This document shows, one piece after another, positions 48,267-58,750 of a stretch of 64,000 nucleotides of DNA. The notes under the pieces were generated by a model. The model did no database searches. It worked only from the letters and a program-made list of their open reading frames with translations, and was not told the DNA's origin. This stretch comes from Candidatus Hermodarchaeota archaeon (GTDB taxonomy: Archaea > Asgardarchaeota > Thorarchaeia > Thorarchaeales > Thorarchaeaceae), in the NCBI GenBank assembly GCA_048885865.1, contig JBHLLF010000003.1:1-64000 (forward strand), read 5' to 3'. A program made the translations under genes and the position numbers. The first letter of the stretch is position 1. Every line of letters begins with the position of its first letter.

Positions 48267-49256
48267 ATGCCGCTTCTTGACGTTAGGAACCTGCGAATGT
48301 ATTATCAAACACAGAAAGGTCTTGTAAAGGCGGTAGACGACGTTTCTCTCACTTTGGAACTGGGTGAGTCTATTGGACTGGCAGGGGAGAGCGGCTGCGG
48401 AAAAAGCAGTCTTGCTTACTCCATAATGCAGCTTCTTCCTGCAGCAGCGAATATAGTGGGAGGCAACATTTACTTCAAAGGAGAAGACTTGTTGGGCATG
48501 AGCCCAAAGGAAATGCGAGACGTAAGGTGGAAGAATGTCGCCATCGTTTTCCAAGGCGCGATGAATGCACTGAATCCAGTGTTTGAGATAGGCGAACAGA
48601 TTGCAGAAGCTATTCTCATGCATGAGAACGTGACTGAGGAAGAAGCACTTGACCGGTGCGCCAAATTGTTTGAGATGGTTGGTCTTGATTCAGGCAGAAT
48701 TCATAACTATCCTCATGAGTTCTCAGGAGGAATGCGGCAAAGGGCGATGATTGCAATGGCTCTTGCTTGCAATCCGGATTTGGTGATTGCAGATGAGCCG
48801 ACTACGGCTTTGGACGTCACGATTCAGGCGCAGATTCTAAAATTGATGCAGAAACTGCAGAAGGACCTTGGACTCTCATTAATCCTAATCACTCACGATC
48901 TCAGTGTCATTGCGGAAACCTGTGATAAGACAGCCATAATGTATGCGGGTAAGATTGCGGAACTTGCAGATGTTGTTTCTGTTTTTAAAGAGCCAATTCA
49001 CCCATACGCCACAGGACTTGTAGGCGCAATTCCAAGTATGGTAAAAGCTGAGAAGAAGAAGCTAACATCTATTCCAGGATCACCGCCTAACCTGATAGTT
49101 CCACCTACGGGCTGCAGATTCCATCCACGTTGCCCCTATGCTCAGGACATCTGTTCCAGAGAGGAGCCAACATTTGAGGAGATCGACCCTGGTAGATTCG
49201 TTTCTTGCCACTTCGCTGAGCAGCTAAAGGGCGAGATTAGAGTAGATTTGGAGTAA
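48267..49256 (+). CDS. dppD: Peptide ABC ATPase
   Basis: [30 protein letters not shown]-terminal GCRFHPRC. Confidence 0.95.
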   Translation: MPLLDVRNLRMYYQTQKGLVKAVDDVSLTLELGESIGLAGESGCGKSSLAYSIMQLLPAAANIVGGNIYFKGEDLLGMSPKEMRDVRWKNVAIVFQGAMNALNPVFEIGEQIAEAILMHENVTEEEALDRCAKLFEMVGLDSGRIHNYPHEFSGGMRQRAMIAMALACNPDLVIADEPTTALDVTIQAQILKLMQKLQKDLGLSLILITHDLSVIAETCDKTAIMYAGKIAELADVVSVFKEPIHPYATGLVGAIPSMVKAEKKKLTSIPGSPPNLIVPPTGCRFHPRCPYAQDICSREEPTFEEIDPGRFVSCHFAEQLKGEIRVDLE

Positions 49257-49263
49257 TGCAAAG

Positions 49264-50325
49264 ATGACAGCCAATGAATCAAGTGTGTTTCAGCATTCAG
49301 CCGACATACGAGAGGGCGAACCTCTAATCGAGGTTAGAAACCTGAGAAAATGGTTTCCGGTGAACACTGGATTTCTCTCATCTATTCTATACAAGCAGGA
49401 GTTGTTTGTGAAGGCAGTTGACGGCATCACCTTTGACATCGTTAAAGGAGAAATATTGGTATTAGCTGGCGAATCAGGCTGCGGGAAGACCACAACAGGA
49501 CGATGCATCCTCTATTTGGAAACTCCAAGTGATGGTAATGTGGTCTACGCCGGTCGCGACTTAGCAACGCTGGATAGAAACGAGATTAAAGAATTGCGCC
49601 GGAGGATGCAAATTACTTTTCAAGATCCTTATGAATCACTTAATCCAAAAAAGAGCATATACAGCATAGTCTCAGAACCCTTGACGGTACACAAGATTCC
49701 GCTTACTCCTAGTCAAAAGAGACAGCGTGTATTGGAAGCAATGGAAAGTGTTGCACTTGTCCCTGCAGAAGACTACATTGATAGATATCCACACGAGCTA
49801 TCTGGTGGACAACGTCAGAGGATATCGGTAGCACGAGCGCTCATTCTTCATCCTGAGTTCATGGTAGCAGATGAGCCGGTATCAATGCTTGATGTGTCTA
49901 TCCGAGCGGACATCCTGAATCTTCTGCTGGATATTAGGGAGGAATATGCTCTCACATACTTATTCATCACACACGACTTGGCCGTTGCCACATATATTGC
50001 TGATAGAATAGGAATCATGTATCTCGGGAAAGTCATGGAGATTGGACCTGCTCACGAGGTTGCGTTCAATCCAATGCACCCTTACACCCGGGCGCTCATC
50101 TCAGCAGTGCCCTCTGGTGACCCCACAGTGAAACGGCGAGTCGAATCACTGAAGGGCGAACCGCCAAGTCCCATTAATGTTCCTCCTGGCTGTCGGTTTC
50201 ATCCCAGATGCCCGTATGCACAGGAGATATGTGTGCGCGAGTTGCCCGAAGACAGAGATATGGGAGAGGGCCATTTTGTTGCCTGTCACTTCGCCGGTGA
50301 ATTGGGTGATGCTCCTTCATTCTAA
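49264..50325 (+). CDS. dppF: Peptide ABC ATPase
   Basis: [37 protein letters not shown]. Confidence 0.95.
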   Translation: MTANESSVFQHSADIREGEPLIEVRNLRKWFPVNTGFLSSILYKQELFVKAVDGITFDIVKGEILVLAGESGCGKTTTGRCILYLETPSDGNVVYAGRDLATLDRNEIKELRRRMQITFQDPYESLNPKKSIYSIVSEPLTVHKIPLTPSQKRQRVLEAMESVALVPAEDYIDRYPHELSGGQRQRISVARALILHPEFMVADEPVSMLDVSIRADILNLLLDIREEYALTYLFITHDLAVATYIADRIGIMYLGKVMEIGPAHEVAFNPMHPYTRALISAVPSGDPTVKRRVESLKGEPPSPINVPPGCRFHPRCPYAQEICVRELPEDRDMGEGHFVACHFAGELGDAPSF

Positions 50326-50416
50326 TGCCAACTAGATAGCAAGCAATTAGCATCCGAGTCATACTCAATGCTCAAAACACATAAGCAATCAAGAAATTGC
50401 TACTAGAGGAGATGAA

Positions 50417-50857
50417 ATGGGAGAAGATACAACCGATAGATCCAAGTTTCTCAAGGCAATCAAGAAATGTCTCTCAGATGCTTCTGGGTTCTTCCAGGAT
50501 GCGATGGACGCTCTTGATGAAATAGGGAAAGCTTCAACTCGCACAGCTATGACTGGAATCTTTGGTGGTGTCATACTAAAGAATTCAGAGGGCAACTATA
50601 GAACCGCTATAATCAGTCTAGATGCTGGTGAGAAAGCTCTGCATCCTCTGGCAAAAAGGGTCCGTGATGGCAGAGTAAATGAATCCCACTTCGACAACCC
50701 CGAGGCCCTTCTGCTACTAAGAGATATTATAGACTTCGACTATGGGATTTTGATAAAGATTCTTTCAGAGCGGAGAGGACGTGATTCTGTTTGGTATCGT
50801 CTTCGTGAAATCAGTGAAAAGACTGAAAACGTCCTAAACCTCGTGTTAGAGAATTAG
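50417..50857 (+). CDS. Hypothetical helical protein
   Basis: 146-aa ORF with GAGGAG SD. Confidence 0.75.
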   Translation: MGEDTTDRSKFLKAIKKCLSDASGFFQDAMDALDEIGKASTRTAMTGIFGGVILKNSEGNYRTAIISLDAGEKALHPLAKRVRDGRVNESHFDNPEALLLLRDIIDFDYGILIKILSERRGRDSVWYRLREISEKTENVLNLVLEN

Positions 50858-51063
50858 AGATTGGGAAAGCGACTAGCTAAGATAAGATAGCAAAACCATT
50901 AATCTCAAGTGAATCATCTCTAACCGGCTAAAGACTACTAATCGTTGGTAGATCATTCCACCACACCCGAGTTATGGGCAGCAAGAATAATAACAAATCA
51001 TGAGCTTTCTATATCACACGGCAAAGACCCGAGAGCTGTCAAATTCCCGCGAAGGTAGCACAT

Positions 51064-51765
51064 GTGAAGGTAAGTATATCGGACGAACTGGATAGAACGA
51101 ATGAAGTTCTTCAAAAGGTCTTGAGAAGGGTTGTTGACCTTAACAAAGAGTTGGAACCATTGGAGAGTGAGCTTGGAGCGATGGACTTCGCCAAGAGCGG
51201 AATCTATGTTCTTGGCGCGTCCGCTGGGGTGGTCTGTTTCCCTACTGCACTTGTTGAGGGAGACCCCATGAAGCCAATCCTTGATGGTGCAAGGGCAAGT
51301 GATGCGAAGATGCCCTCAATTGTTGAAGCGGCGGATCCTGAAGAGTCAATGAGCACCTGCAATCGTGTTATAATGATGATGAAGAGAGAAATATGGAATA
51401 AGAGAGAGGCCATCCTTAAACCCAGTTTTTTGCTTGTTATACGATGGGACCACATGTTTGAAGACTTTGAAAGAAGCAATACAGTTGCTGTTGGTAAACG
51501 CTATATCTCCGGGTCAGAGGACAGCTTGAAGAAGTTGGCAAAGAATCTAAAGAAACTTGGATTCACAATTATCGAAGACTCAGGTCAATACGGCGGAGGA
51601 CCAATGACTTATGAACTGATACAGGAATTCTCCAAATCTAGGTCACTACTAGTTGTTCAGCTCACCTTCTCCTATAGTGCTGCAACAGACAAGGCAAAGA
51701 TATTGGCAATGCTAGATATGTTGTCATCATTTCAGGTGCAATTCTATGATAGATACGGGTCCTAG
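51064..51765 (+). CDS. Hypothetical protein, degenerate N-formylglutamate amidohydrolase-like fold
   Basis: C-half LKKLGF...QYGGGPMT...VVQLTF resembles the FGase N.PY.GG.IT...QIE motif. Confidence 0.6.
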   Translation: MKVSISDELDRTNEVLQKVLRRVVDLNKELEPLESELGAMDFAKSGIYVLGASAGVVCFPTALVEGDPMKPILDGARASDAKMPSIVEAADPEESMSTCNRVIMMMKREIWNKREAILKPSFLLVIRWDHMFEDFERSNTVAVGKRYISGSEDSLKKLAKNLKKLGFTIIEDSGQYGGGPMTYELIQEFSKSRSLLVVQLTFSYSAATDKAKILAMLDMLSSFQVQFYDRYGS

Positions 51766-54700
51766 AGAAAGTGAGATGCACCTGCCCTTTGTCCACGGAA
51801 TCGAAGTGGAACTTCAAGTAATCAAAAAGGATGGGTCGTGGATTCGAGGTGAAGAAATACTCACCATCTTTGATAAGCTAATCTCGAATGCCAAGGCATT
51901 GCTTGACAAGAGGATCCAAACAGCTAGAGTGGATTCTGTGAAAAAGAAGTATAGGCGTTCCAGTCAGACAGAGGAAGGAGAACGCGGCTCAAGAGTTGTA
52001 GTTGTATATGATAATCCAAAGGGAGAGCCGACTGAATTTACACTTCTTGGACATGATCCCAATGTTACGAGTCTGACTTGGATACTGGAGATTGCAACTC
52101 CTCCCTGCACCTCGATCGAAGAGCTGGCATGGTGGATACAAACACTCATTGCCATCTCCTACGAATCCCTCCCCAAGGAAGCTCGTGCAATTCTCATATC
52201 AACTGGATTGAATCCTGCTCAGGAGTATCTCAAGAATCTCTCATTTGGAGAGCATCATCATATTCTGGGACCAGATGTAGATGACAAGGTAAGAATAGCT
52301 GTTTACAATATGCTTCGAAATTTCATCCCACATCTCATTGCCCTCTCCGTAAACTCCCCATTTGAGAATAAGAAACCGACTGATGTTGTTGAAATTGATG
52401 ATGAGGGGCGGACAAGGGCACCGAGATGCAAGAGGTCAATTAGACTCGTTAAAAATACGACCCAGCTTGGACCTACAAATGAGTTTGAACTCATTCCATA
52501 TATGGTACAACCTGATAAGGAAGCCTTTGCCAGGCACGTGAATCGTAGTTATTCCAGAATGGTCGATATGTATCCATTTCATAGGCTGGGAACGGTCGAG
52601 CTTCGAGTCTTTGACACACAATTGTCAATACCTCGTAGGATTGGCATTGCGTTATTGCTTCAAGCTCTTGCGTTAAAGGCCAAGAGAATGGTGGAACGGG
52701 GAGAAAAAATCCCTAATGCAGGAGCGAAATCACTTGCAGCCAACCGTGAATCAGCTGTTTCGGCGGGGCTATGGGGTCCATTCCGACCCGGCACTAAAAC
52801 CGATAATCCCGAGTTCATGCACATATACAACCACATGATTGACGATGAAGGTGCCATTGAGGATCGAAGAAGAAACCGCTTCATGGGTGATGCTGTAATA
52901 TCAATGCTCTATCTGATTCAAAACGAGTTGGAAGAGCTAGATATCGTTGATAACCCGTTTATGCAGTCAATTCTTATTTCGGTGTTTGGGAGCGAGGTTG
53001 TACCACCGAGGACTACTAGTGCAGACTTCCAGCTTGACATCTATGCAAAATCCGAGATGAATATGGTAGTATTACTGAAGAGCCTCGCTGACATCACTAG
53101 GGAATGCTGTACTAACTGGGTATATGATCCACTTGAAGGTACACCGAAATTGCCTACATGGTTGTGCTGGTGGACTGGTCTCGAGCCAGAAATTCTGACG
53201 GACATAGAACAGCTTTTTGCGGGGCAGGAAGCTGAATTCGTCGTTTCGCTCAGGAATACTGGCGATCGTCCTCTCCTTAGCCTTGGCGTGGATTTTGCAA
53301 TCGAAGATTCAGACAGAAATGTGGTACATGAGGGTACACGTACTGTTCAAGAGATCAGCTCAGGGCAGATTCATACCGAACGAATTGCTTTCCAGACCGC
53401 TAAGGATGTTACTGCGTACAACATTATTGTTACTATCGCTCTAGGCGGGAAACAAATACACCTAACTGGAACATTGACCACATACTGGATGAAGGCTAGT
53501 ATCAGACCAGGCACAACAACACAATTCTCTGATGGGAAGACCCCCGTTCTTTATGTAGGCGACATTGAAACCAACTTCCCAGAAGCAACTGATGTAACAG
53601 TAGACATAGCTGTCATTTCTCCCCGCAAAGAGCGAGTCCTTGCTATAGTAACGGATAAGCTTCGAGTAGAGAGTCTGGACACATTGCTTTTCGACCAATC
53701 AAGCCTTCCAGACCTCATAGTCCCGACTGATGCTTCACACGGCGTTGAACGATGTACACTGCGACTTAATCTCGTAGATGCAGAAGAGGAGCTAATTACC
53801 TCAGTGATGTCAAAGCCATTCTATATTGGATTCGCTAGGAAAGGCCCTCAACTTCTGTTTGATGCAGACATTAAGGGAGTCTATTATCCTGGAGATTTAG
53901 TGGTTGGAGAGATTGAACTCGCGTCAAAGAAACATTCTATGAGCAAATCTGCTTTTCTTATAGTCGAGTTTCGCTCAGATTCAGGCGAGCACAATGAAAT
54001 TACTCGATTTGGCATTGAAGAGGTTGCTGAGGGCCCTGTCAGATTTACGTGGCGAGTGCCACAAATTGAATCAGATGAGTTGTCACACCGTGCAGGTGTA
54101 ATTGTATCCTCATTGGTGGACAAGGGGAAGGAAGTTACTTCCATAGAAACCGCTCGCTTCAGAATTGATCGCCTTGGGGTTCTGCTCAATATTGACTCAC
54201 TCCGCGCTCCAGATACGGCTCACATTGGAGGCAAGATTGCTGGATGGTTGAGGGTGCGACGCAACACAGAACTAGGTGGACCAGCTAGATTGGTAATTTC
54301 ACTGAAGTTCCCGGACGAGGGTGAACAAGTAATCCTTGAGCAGGGAGTAAAGCAAAGTAAGAATCTCTCATTGGCATTTGGTCCCGTCACAATTCCAGAG
54401 CCAAAAGGGAAGAAGAAACAGTCTAGTGTGACCCTGACTGCAAAGCTGACATATGATGGCATTGTCATTGATCAGAGATCCACTGAGATAGCCCTGTCCG
54501 ATGGTCCTGAAGGACAAATCGCAAGCATGAGCTTTGCAGGAGTCCCTGCGTTTGTTTTGCCAGATGAGGAAATCAGCCCAGTCCTTCATTTGACTAATAT
54601 CACAGGAAAGAAGCTGAAATATGATGTCAGAATAGAATTGGAGTCTATCGGAGGTACTGATCAACTGCTTAGGAGCTCTCGAACTCTGGAGTCGGGTAAG

Positions 54701-55186
54701 AGCAAGATTCTGCCCATAAAGCTGCGCGTGCCACTTAGTGCAGAGATGAGTACAGCACATCTAAAGGCCATCGTGAAGTGCGGCAGACTCACTATGGAGA
54801 GAAAGGAGCGATTTAAGGTCAAAGCTATTGAGAGTCCTGTGTTTGATGTCGATCTCTGGATTCGAAAGAAATCAGGTGAGGATGTACCCGGACTTGTCGC
54901 GAGGCTTACAAAGGTAGACCTCGGAGCCAAGATATGTGGTCTGAAAGAAGGGATGAAAGACCTAGGGATAATTCTCAGGGTTATGTCAAGAAGAGAGATA
55001 GTGAAACAGTTCAAAGCTTCGCTTTCCAATTTTGATGCAGGCGAAGAGGAAATCACCTTCCATTGGACTACACCTCCTGTTGATATGGTTACTGGATTCT
55101 ACTTGGATGCTGTTATCACTCAGGATGGAAAGACCCTTCCAGACAGAGCGGTTCGGCAGGACCAGAAGCAATTCACAGTGTACTGA
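51746..55186 (+). CDS. GCS2-family carboxylate-amine ligase fused to multiple Ig-like beta-sandwich domains
   Basis: HGIEVELQ, LEIATPP, FGEHHHI, LIALSVNSPF, GTVELRVFD in the first ~310 aa; beta-rich repeats after ~aa 480. Confidence 0.85.
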   Translation: MIDTGPRESEMHLPFVHGIEVELQVIKKDGSWIRGEEILTIFDKLISNAKALLDKRIQTARVDSVKKKYRRSSQTEEGERGSRVVVVYDNPKGEPTEFTLLGHDPNVTSLTWILEIATPPCTSIEELAWWIQTLIAISYESLPKEARAILISTGLNPAQEYLKNLSFGEHHHILGPDVDDKVRIAVYNMLRNFIPHLIALSVNSPFENKKPTDVVEIDDEGRTRAPRCKRSIRLVKNTTQLGPTNEFELIPYMVQPDKEAFARHVNRSYSRMVDMYPFHRLGTVELRVFDTQLSIPRRIGIALLLQALALKAKRMVERGEKIPNAGAKSLAANRESAVSAGLWGPFRPGTKTDNPEFMHIYNHMIDDEGAIEDRRRNRFMGDAVISMLYLIQNELEELDIVDNPFMQSILISVFGSEVVPPRTTSADFQLDIYAKSEMNMVVLLKSLADITRECCTNWVYDPLEGTPKLPTWLCWWTGLEPEILTDIEQLFAGQEAEFVVSLRNTGDRPLLSLGVDFAIEDSDRNVVHEGTRTVQEISSGQIHTERIAFQTAKDVTAYNIIVTIALGGKQIHLTGTLTTYWMKASIRPGTTTQFSDGKTPVLYVGDIETNFPEATDVTVDIAVISPRKERVLAIVTDKLRVESLDTLLFDQSSLPDLIVPTDASHGVERCTLRLNLVDAEEELITSVMSKPFYIGFARKGPQLLFDADIKGVYYPGDLVVGEIELASKKHSMSKSAFLIVEFRSDSGEHNEITRFGIEEVAEGPVRFTWRVPQIESDELSHRAGVIVSSLVDKGKEVTSIETARFRIDRLGVLLNIDSLRAPDTAHIGGKIAGWLRVRRNTELGGPARLVISLKFPDEGEQVILEQGVKQSKNLSLAFGPVTIPEPKGKKKQSSVTLTAKLTYDGIVIDQRSTEIALSDGPEGQIASMSFAGVPAFVLPDEEISPVLHLTNITGKKLKYDVRIELESIGGTDQLLRSSRTLESGKSKILPIKLRVPLSAEMSTAHLKAIVKCGRLTMERKERFKVKAIESPVFDVDLWIRKKSGEDVPGLVARLTKVDLGAKICGLKEGMKDLGIILRVMSRREIVKQFKASLSNFDAGEEEITFHWTTPPVDMVTGFYLDAVITQDGKTLPDRAVRQDQKQFTVY

Positions 55187-55433
55187 TTGATTGGTATAAT
55201 ATATCATACAGATGTCTAAGAGTTCTAGGACCATAAAACAATCCTAGAAGAAAAACGATGTAGAGTTCGACATTTGTCTGTTCAGTTTGCAAAGGTATAA
55301 TAGGGACAGCACGGCCGCCATTTGTTAATCGGAGTAGTTCGCTGAAAGCAGGTATATGGTCATAGAACTGTATTAACATGGTGATTGTTGGAGTCAACAA
55401 ATGAATCAATGACTGAAGTAATGTAGTGCGGAT

Positions 55434-56372
55434 GTGAATCTGATGCAGGAGCTATTGACCCACCCGGTAGTGTCCGGGCTTCTTGTGATGGCGCTAGTTG
55501 GCGTCCTCGCGTATAAGGCAGGATTTCTTGACATCTCAGGAATGATTAGCGCCTTTGTAGTGGGTTTTGCAGTTTGGTATACTGGAGGCCCACCTGCATT
55601 CACAATTCTGCTTTTCTTCTTCTTCACTTCTGGCCTAGCTACTAAATTCAAATACAAAGCCAAAGCGAAGCAAGGACTTGCTCAGGAGGCAAAGGGAAAG
55701 AGGTCTTACAGGAATGTACTAGCTAGTGGGATAATCCCGCTATTCTTCTCAACTGCCTGGTACATTGCTAGGGCAAATCCATCTTTGGGAATCGACCCCT
55801 TCTGGATGTTTGGAGGCTTTGTTGGAGCTGTCGCAACAACTGCAGCCGACACATTGGCTTCTGAAATAGGTGTGTTTAGCAAAACCAAGCCTCGACTAAT
55901 CACCAATCTAAGGAGAAGAGTCCCAAGAGGCACAATTGGAGCTGTGTCGCTTCTGGGCGAGGCTGTAGCCGCTGCAGCTGGTTTGGCGATCGGCATAATC
56001 GCCGTTGTCTTTGCACTGATATCTTCTGGATCAGAGTGGGGTTCTGTCCCAGTTGCTAATGCCACACAGTTCATGTTCATAATCCCATTATCTATCCTTA
56101 CAGGGTTCATAGGATGCAACCTCGATAGTCTCATTGGCGCCGTTGCCCAGAATAGATACGTTTGCGAGATTTGTGGGGCCATCACAGACAGAGAATTTCA
56201 TTGCAGCTATGAAACAAAGTATGTGGGTGGATTCAAGCAATTTACTAATGTCCATGTCAATCTAGGGTCATCGACCATGGGGGCAACTCTGGGCATAGTA
56301 CTAGGTGCTGGATTGTTTGTATGGATTTTGGGTGGCCTGTTCTTCTGGATTGCTGCATCATCCAGCAGCTAA
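55434..56372 (+). CDS. DUF92/TMEM19 membrane protein
   Basis: R...NVLA.G, ADTLASEIG, P.LIT....VP.GT.GAVS..G, DS.IGA..Q, CEICG insertion. Confidence 0.92.
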   Translation: MNLMQELLTHPVVSGLLVMALVGVLAYKAGFLDISGMISAFVVGFAVWYTGGPPAFTILLFFFFTSGLATKFKYKAKAKQGLAQEAKGKRSYRNVLASGIIPLFFSTAWYIARANPSLGIDPFWMFGGFVGAVATTAADTLASEIGVFSKTKPRLITNLRRRVPRGTIGAVSLLGEAVAAAAGLAIGIIAVVFALISSGSEWGSVPVANATQFMFIIPLSILTGFIGCNLDSLIGAVAQNRYVCEICGAITDREFHCSYETKYVGGFKQFTNVHVNLGSSTMGATLGIVLGAGLFVWILGGLFFWIAASSSS

Positions 56373-57724
56373 GATTTCTGCATCTGTTTCTGCTCATGCT
56401 TCATTGCGGTTGCAAAAGCTTCTGATACACTTGCTCCTTTTGCCAACGATTGTAGGAATTTCGCCATGAACCATCTTGTGATATCCTCAGTTGAGTACTC
56501 GCGAACGTGCCAAATGGGCTTGGAGGCCTTATTGGTGAAGACCTTGAAAGTTTCCTTGCTTTGCATCACAATCAGAGCTGCATCTGTCACCCTCTGCAGC
56601 GTAGGAATGGGATTCGATCCCAGTTGTTTCTTGACCTCAGTCCATTCACGCTTCGAAATCACTAACACATCAATCTGACTCAGAACGGGCTCAATCTCGT
56701 GTACACCTCGCTTCCAGAAGTGCGGCGAACACCGATATACTGTAGGCACCCCATTCGCTTTTGCATATGCTGCAATTGAGACTGCAACCTCAAGGAATAT
56801 CTCGCCCAGATAGACCACTTTGGCAGTGCTAATGATATGCCAAGGCACTTGGGAAGGAGAAGTCAAGGAGAGTGCGGACATCTCTCCAATGCCAACCAGA
56901 GTTCGAGTACCTTCATCCTCATCAACTATGATAGTCTCGTTTGTGTGCTTTTCATCCTCGACTACAAAACGAGATACATCCACATTTTGGCTTGCAAGAT
57001 TCGATATCACAGACCAGCCATCCCGATCATTGCCTACGGAGGAAACCAAGGTAACGGGAAATCCTGCATCTGCAAGGGTGAGTGCTAGCTCCACAGTTGA
57101 GCCTCCAGGTTCGCGATGGGGAACACTACAGCCCATCTCTCCTCCCAGAGCAGGCATTTTCGAGCAGCTGATTGTCGTGAAATATGCGGAGGCGCCAAAC
57201 AAAATGTAATCAGGTTTCTCATAAACTTGTGACCCTTTTAGAATGGCTGCTGCCCGCGTTCGAGCAAACACATCGAAGATAGCGGACGAATCAAGACCGC
57301 GCTCACGATATAGAGAAACAAGACTCGAGAGATAGTCCTCAAGCAGAGATGCAGTAAGATCACCAAGGTCGGATGGAAGACTGGCGGAAAATAGACGGGC
57401 GATGCCCCATCCAATCTTCGTCAAAGTATGTATGACAACACGTTTTCCGCCTACCACTGAGGTATCTGTGACAATGAGATCGAACTCTTTGAGCGCTTTC
57501 AGGTAGGAGAGTATGCTCTTATTTGAATAGGGGAGACCCTGTACAAGATCACGCTGCAAGGCTCTTCCATTTTCATCGAAGGATGTGAGAACGCCTGATG
57601 CAACTTTTGAAGCAAGTACTTTTCTAATGAACAGCTGCTTGCGCTCCAAGTCCTCCGGTAAGAACATGACATAGGGCCAGATATGCTCCTTTGACGCCAT
57701 TTCACTTGTCTCCAACATGTTCAT
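56369..57724 (-). CDS. wHTH-PfkB fusion; kinase domain apparently inactive
   Basis: N-terminal wHTH; PGGS...LA..LA..G...VG.D..G PfkB signature 1; DTTGAGD replaced by YSTEDIT. Confidence 0.8.
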   Translation of the reverse strand: MNMLETSEMASKEHIWPYVMFLPEDLERKQLFIRKVLASKVASGVLTSFDENGRALQRDLVQGLPYSNKSILSYLKALKEFDLIVTDTSVVGGKRVVIHTLTKIGWGIARLFSASLPSDLGDLTASLLEDYLSSLVSLYRERGLDSSAIFDVFARTRAAAILKGSQVYEKPDYILFGASAYFTTISCSKMPALGGEMGCSVPHREPGGSTVELALTLADAGFPVTLVSSVGNDRDGWSVISNLASQNVDVSRFVVEDEKHTNETIIVDEDEGTRTLVGIGEMSALSLTSPSQVPWHIISTAKVVYLGEIFLEVAVSIAAYAKANGVPTVYRCSPHFWKRGVHEIEPVLSQIDVLVISKREWTEVKKQLGSNPIPTLQRVTDAALIVMQSKETFKVFTNKASKPIWHVREYSTEDITRWFMAKFLQSLAKGASVSEAFATAMKHEQKQMQKS

Positions 57725-57805
57725 ATACTCGTTTAGGGCAGCGGTCTAGTGTACAAAACTGCCTATGTAGTTTACTGAAGTACATTTAGTGATGGTGGAA
57801 AAGAG

Positions 57806-58597
57806 ATGTCGAATTTCTCGAAAACTGGCGCTTACCCTTGGGCTCTTGTGGGAATTTTCGCTGCAGTACAGCTAGTGATGACCATTTTTCCAATGACATT
57901 TGCAATAGGGACTGGAGGTGCTCTCACATTGGGCCTGATAGCAGCCCCAATAATTGGATATCTACTTGGACCAATTTACGGTATCATTTCAGTATTCATT
58001 GGTTCATTCCTTGGAGTGGCGATAGATGTCGCTGTACATCCTTTATTGTGGCTTACTCCAATAGCTCCAACAATTAGCGCATTTATTGCTGGGGCCTTGA
58101 GAGTGAGAAAAGCACTGATTGTCCCCCTTGTCTACATAATTGCAATTGCCCTCTTCATGATCAGCCCAATTGGACTTCTGTCATATTATTTCCTGTGGTT
58201 CCATATCATTGCATTCCTGATGTCATTTCTATTCATAATACCCAAAATCAGGACACCCATGTTGGATGGGCTTGATGGAACCAAAGGCACGAAGCCATAT
58301 GTTGGCTTCTTTGCCATCTGGATTTTCAGTCTGATTGCGGTTCTTGGTGATCAATTGGTCGGTTCAGCAGTTGGCTCGTTCCTATTCGTTGCTTTAGGAA
58401 CTGATGCGGCTACCGTGGCAGGATGGTATACGTTTATCATTTTCATCTACCCAGTTGAGAGGCTACTTGCATCAATTGCGGCTGCCTTTGTCATCTTTGC
58501 GCTTTCGATTACCCTAGCCAAGTCACTTCTGCCCTTGCCGACTCAACCATGGGGAGAGGGAGTCCTGGAACTTTCTGAACAAGAAATTGATGATTAA
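57806..58597 (+). CDS. ECF transporter S-component-like membrane protein
   Basis: IFAA...; APIIG.LLGP.YG....IG; YPVER; about 7 TM. Confidence 0.7.
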   Translation: MSNFSKTGAYPWALVGIFAAVQLVMTIFPMTFAIGTGGALTLGLIAAPIIGYLLGPIYGIISVFIGSFLGVAIDVAVHPLLWLTPIAPTISAFIAGALRVRKALIVPLVYIIAIALFMISPIGLLSYYFLWFHIIAFLMSFLFIIPKIRTPMLDGLDGTKGTKPYVGFFAIWIFSLIAVLGDQLVGSAVGSFLFVALGTDAATVAGWYTFIIFIYPVERLLASIAAAFVIFALSITLAKSLLPLPTQPWGEGVLELSEQEIDD

Positions 58598-58750
58598 CAA
58601 ATCTAGAGAGTCTTGTCAGATATCAATGGAAATTTGGCGGCATCGAGACGAAGCTTCATATGCGTTCCCGTGAATTGGCACACAGAACGGGGGTTTCACA
58701 TCCGTTTCGTTCAAGCTAAATGCTTGGACTAGGACAGGAGAAAATAGAGA

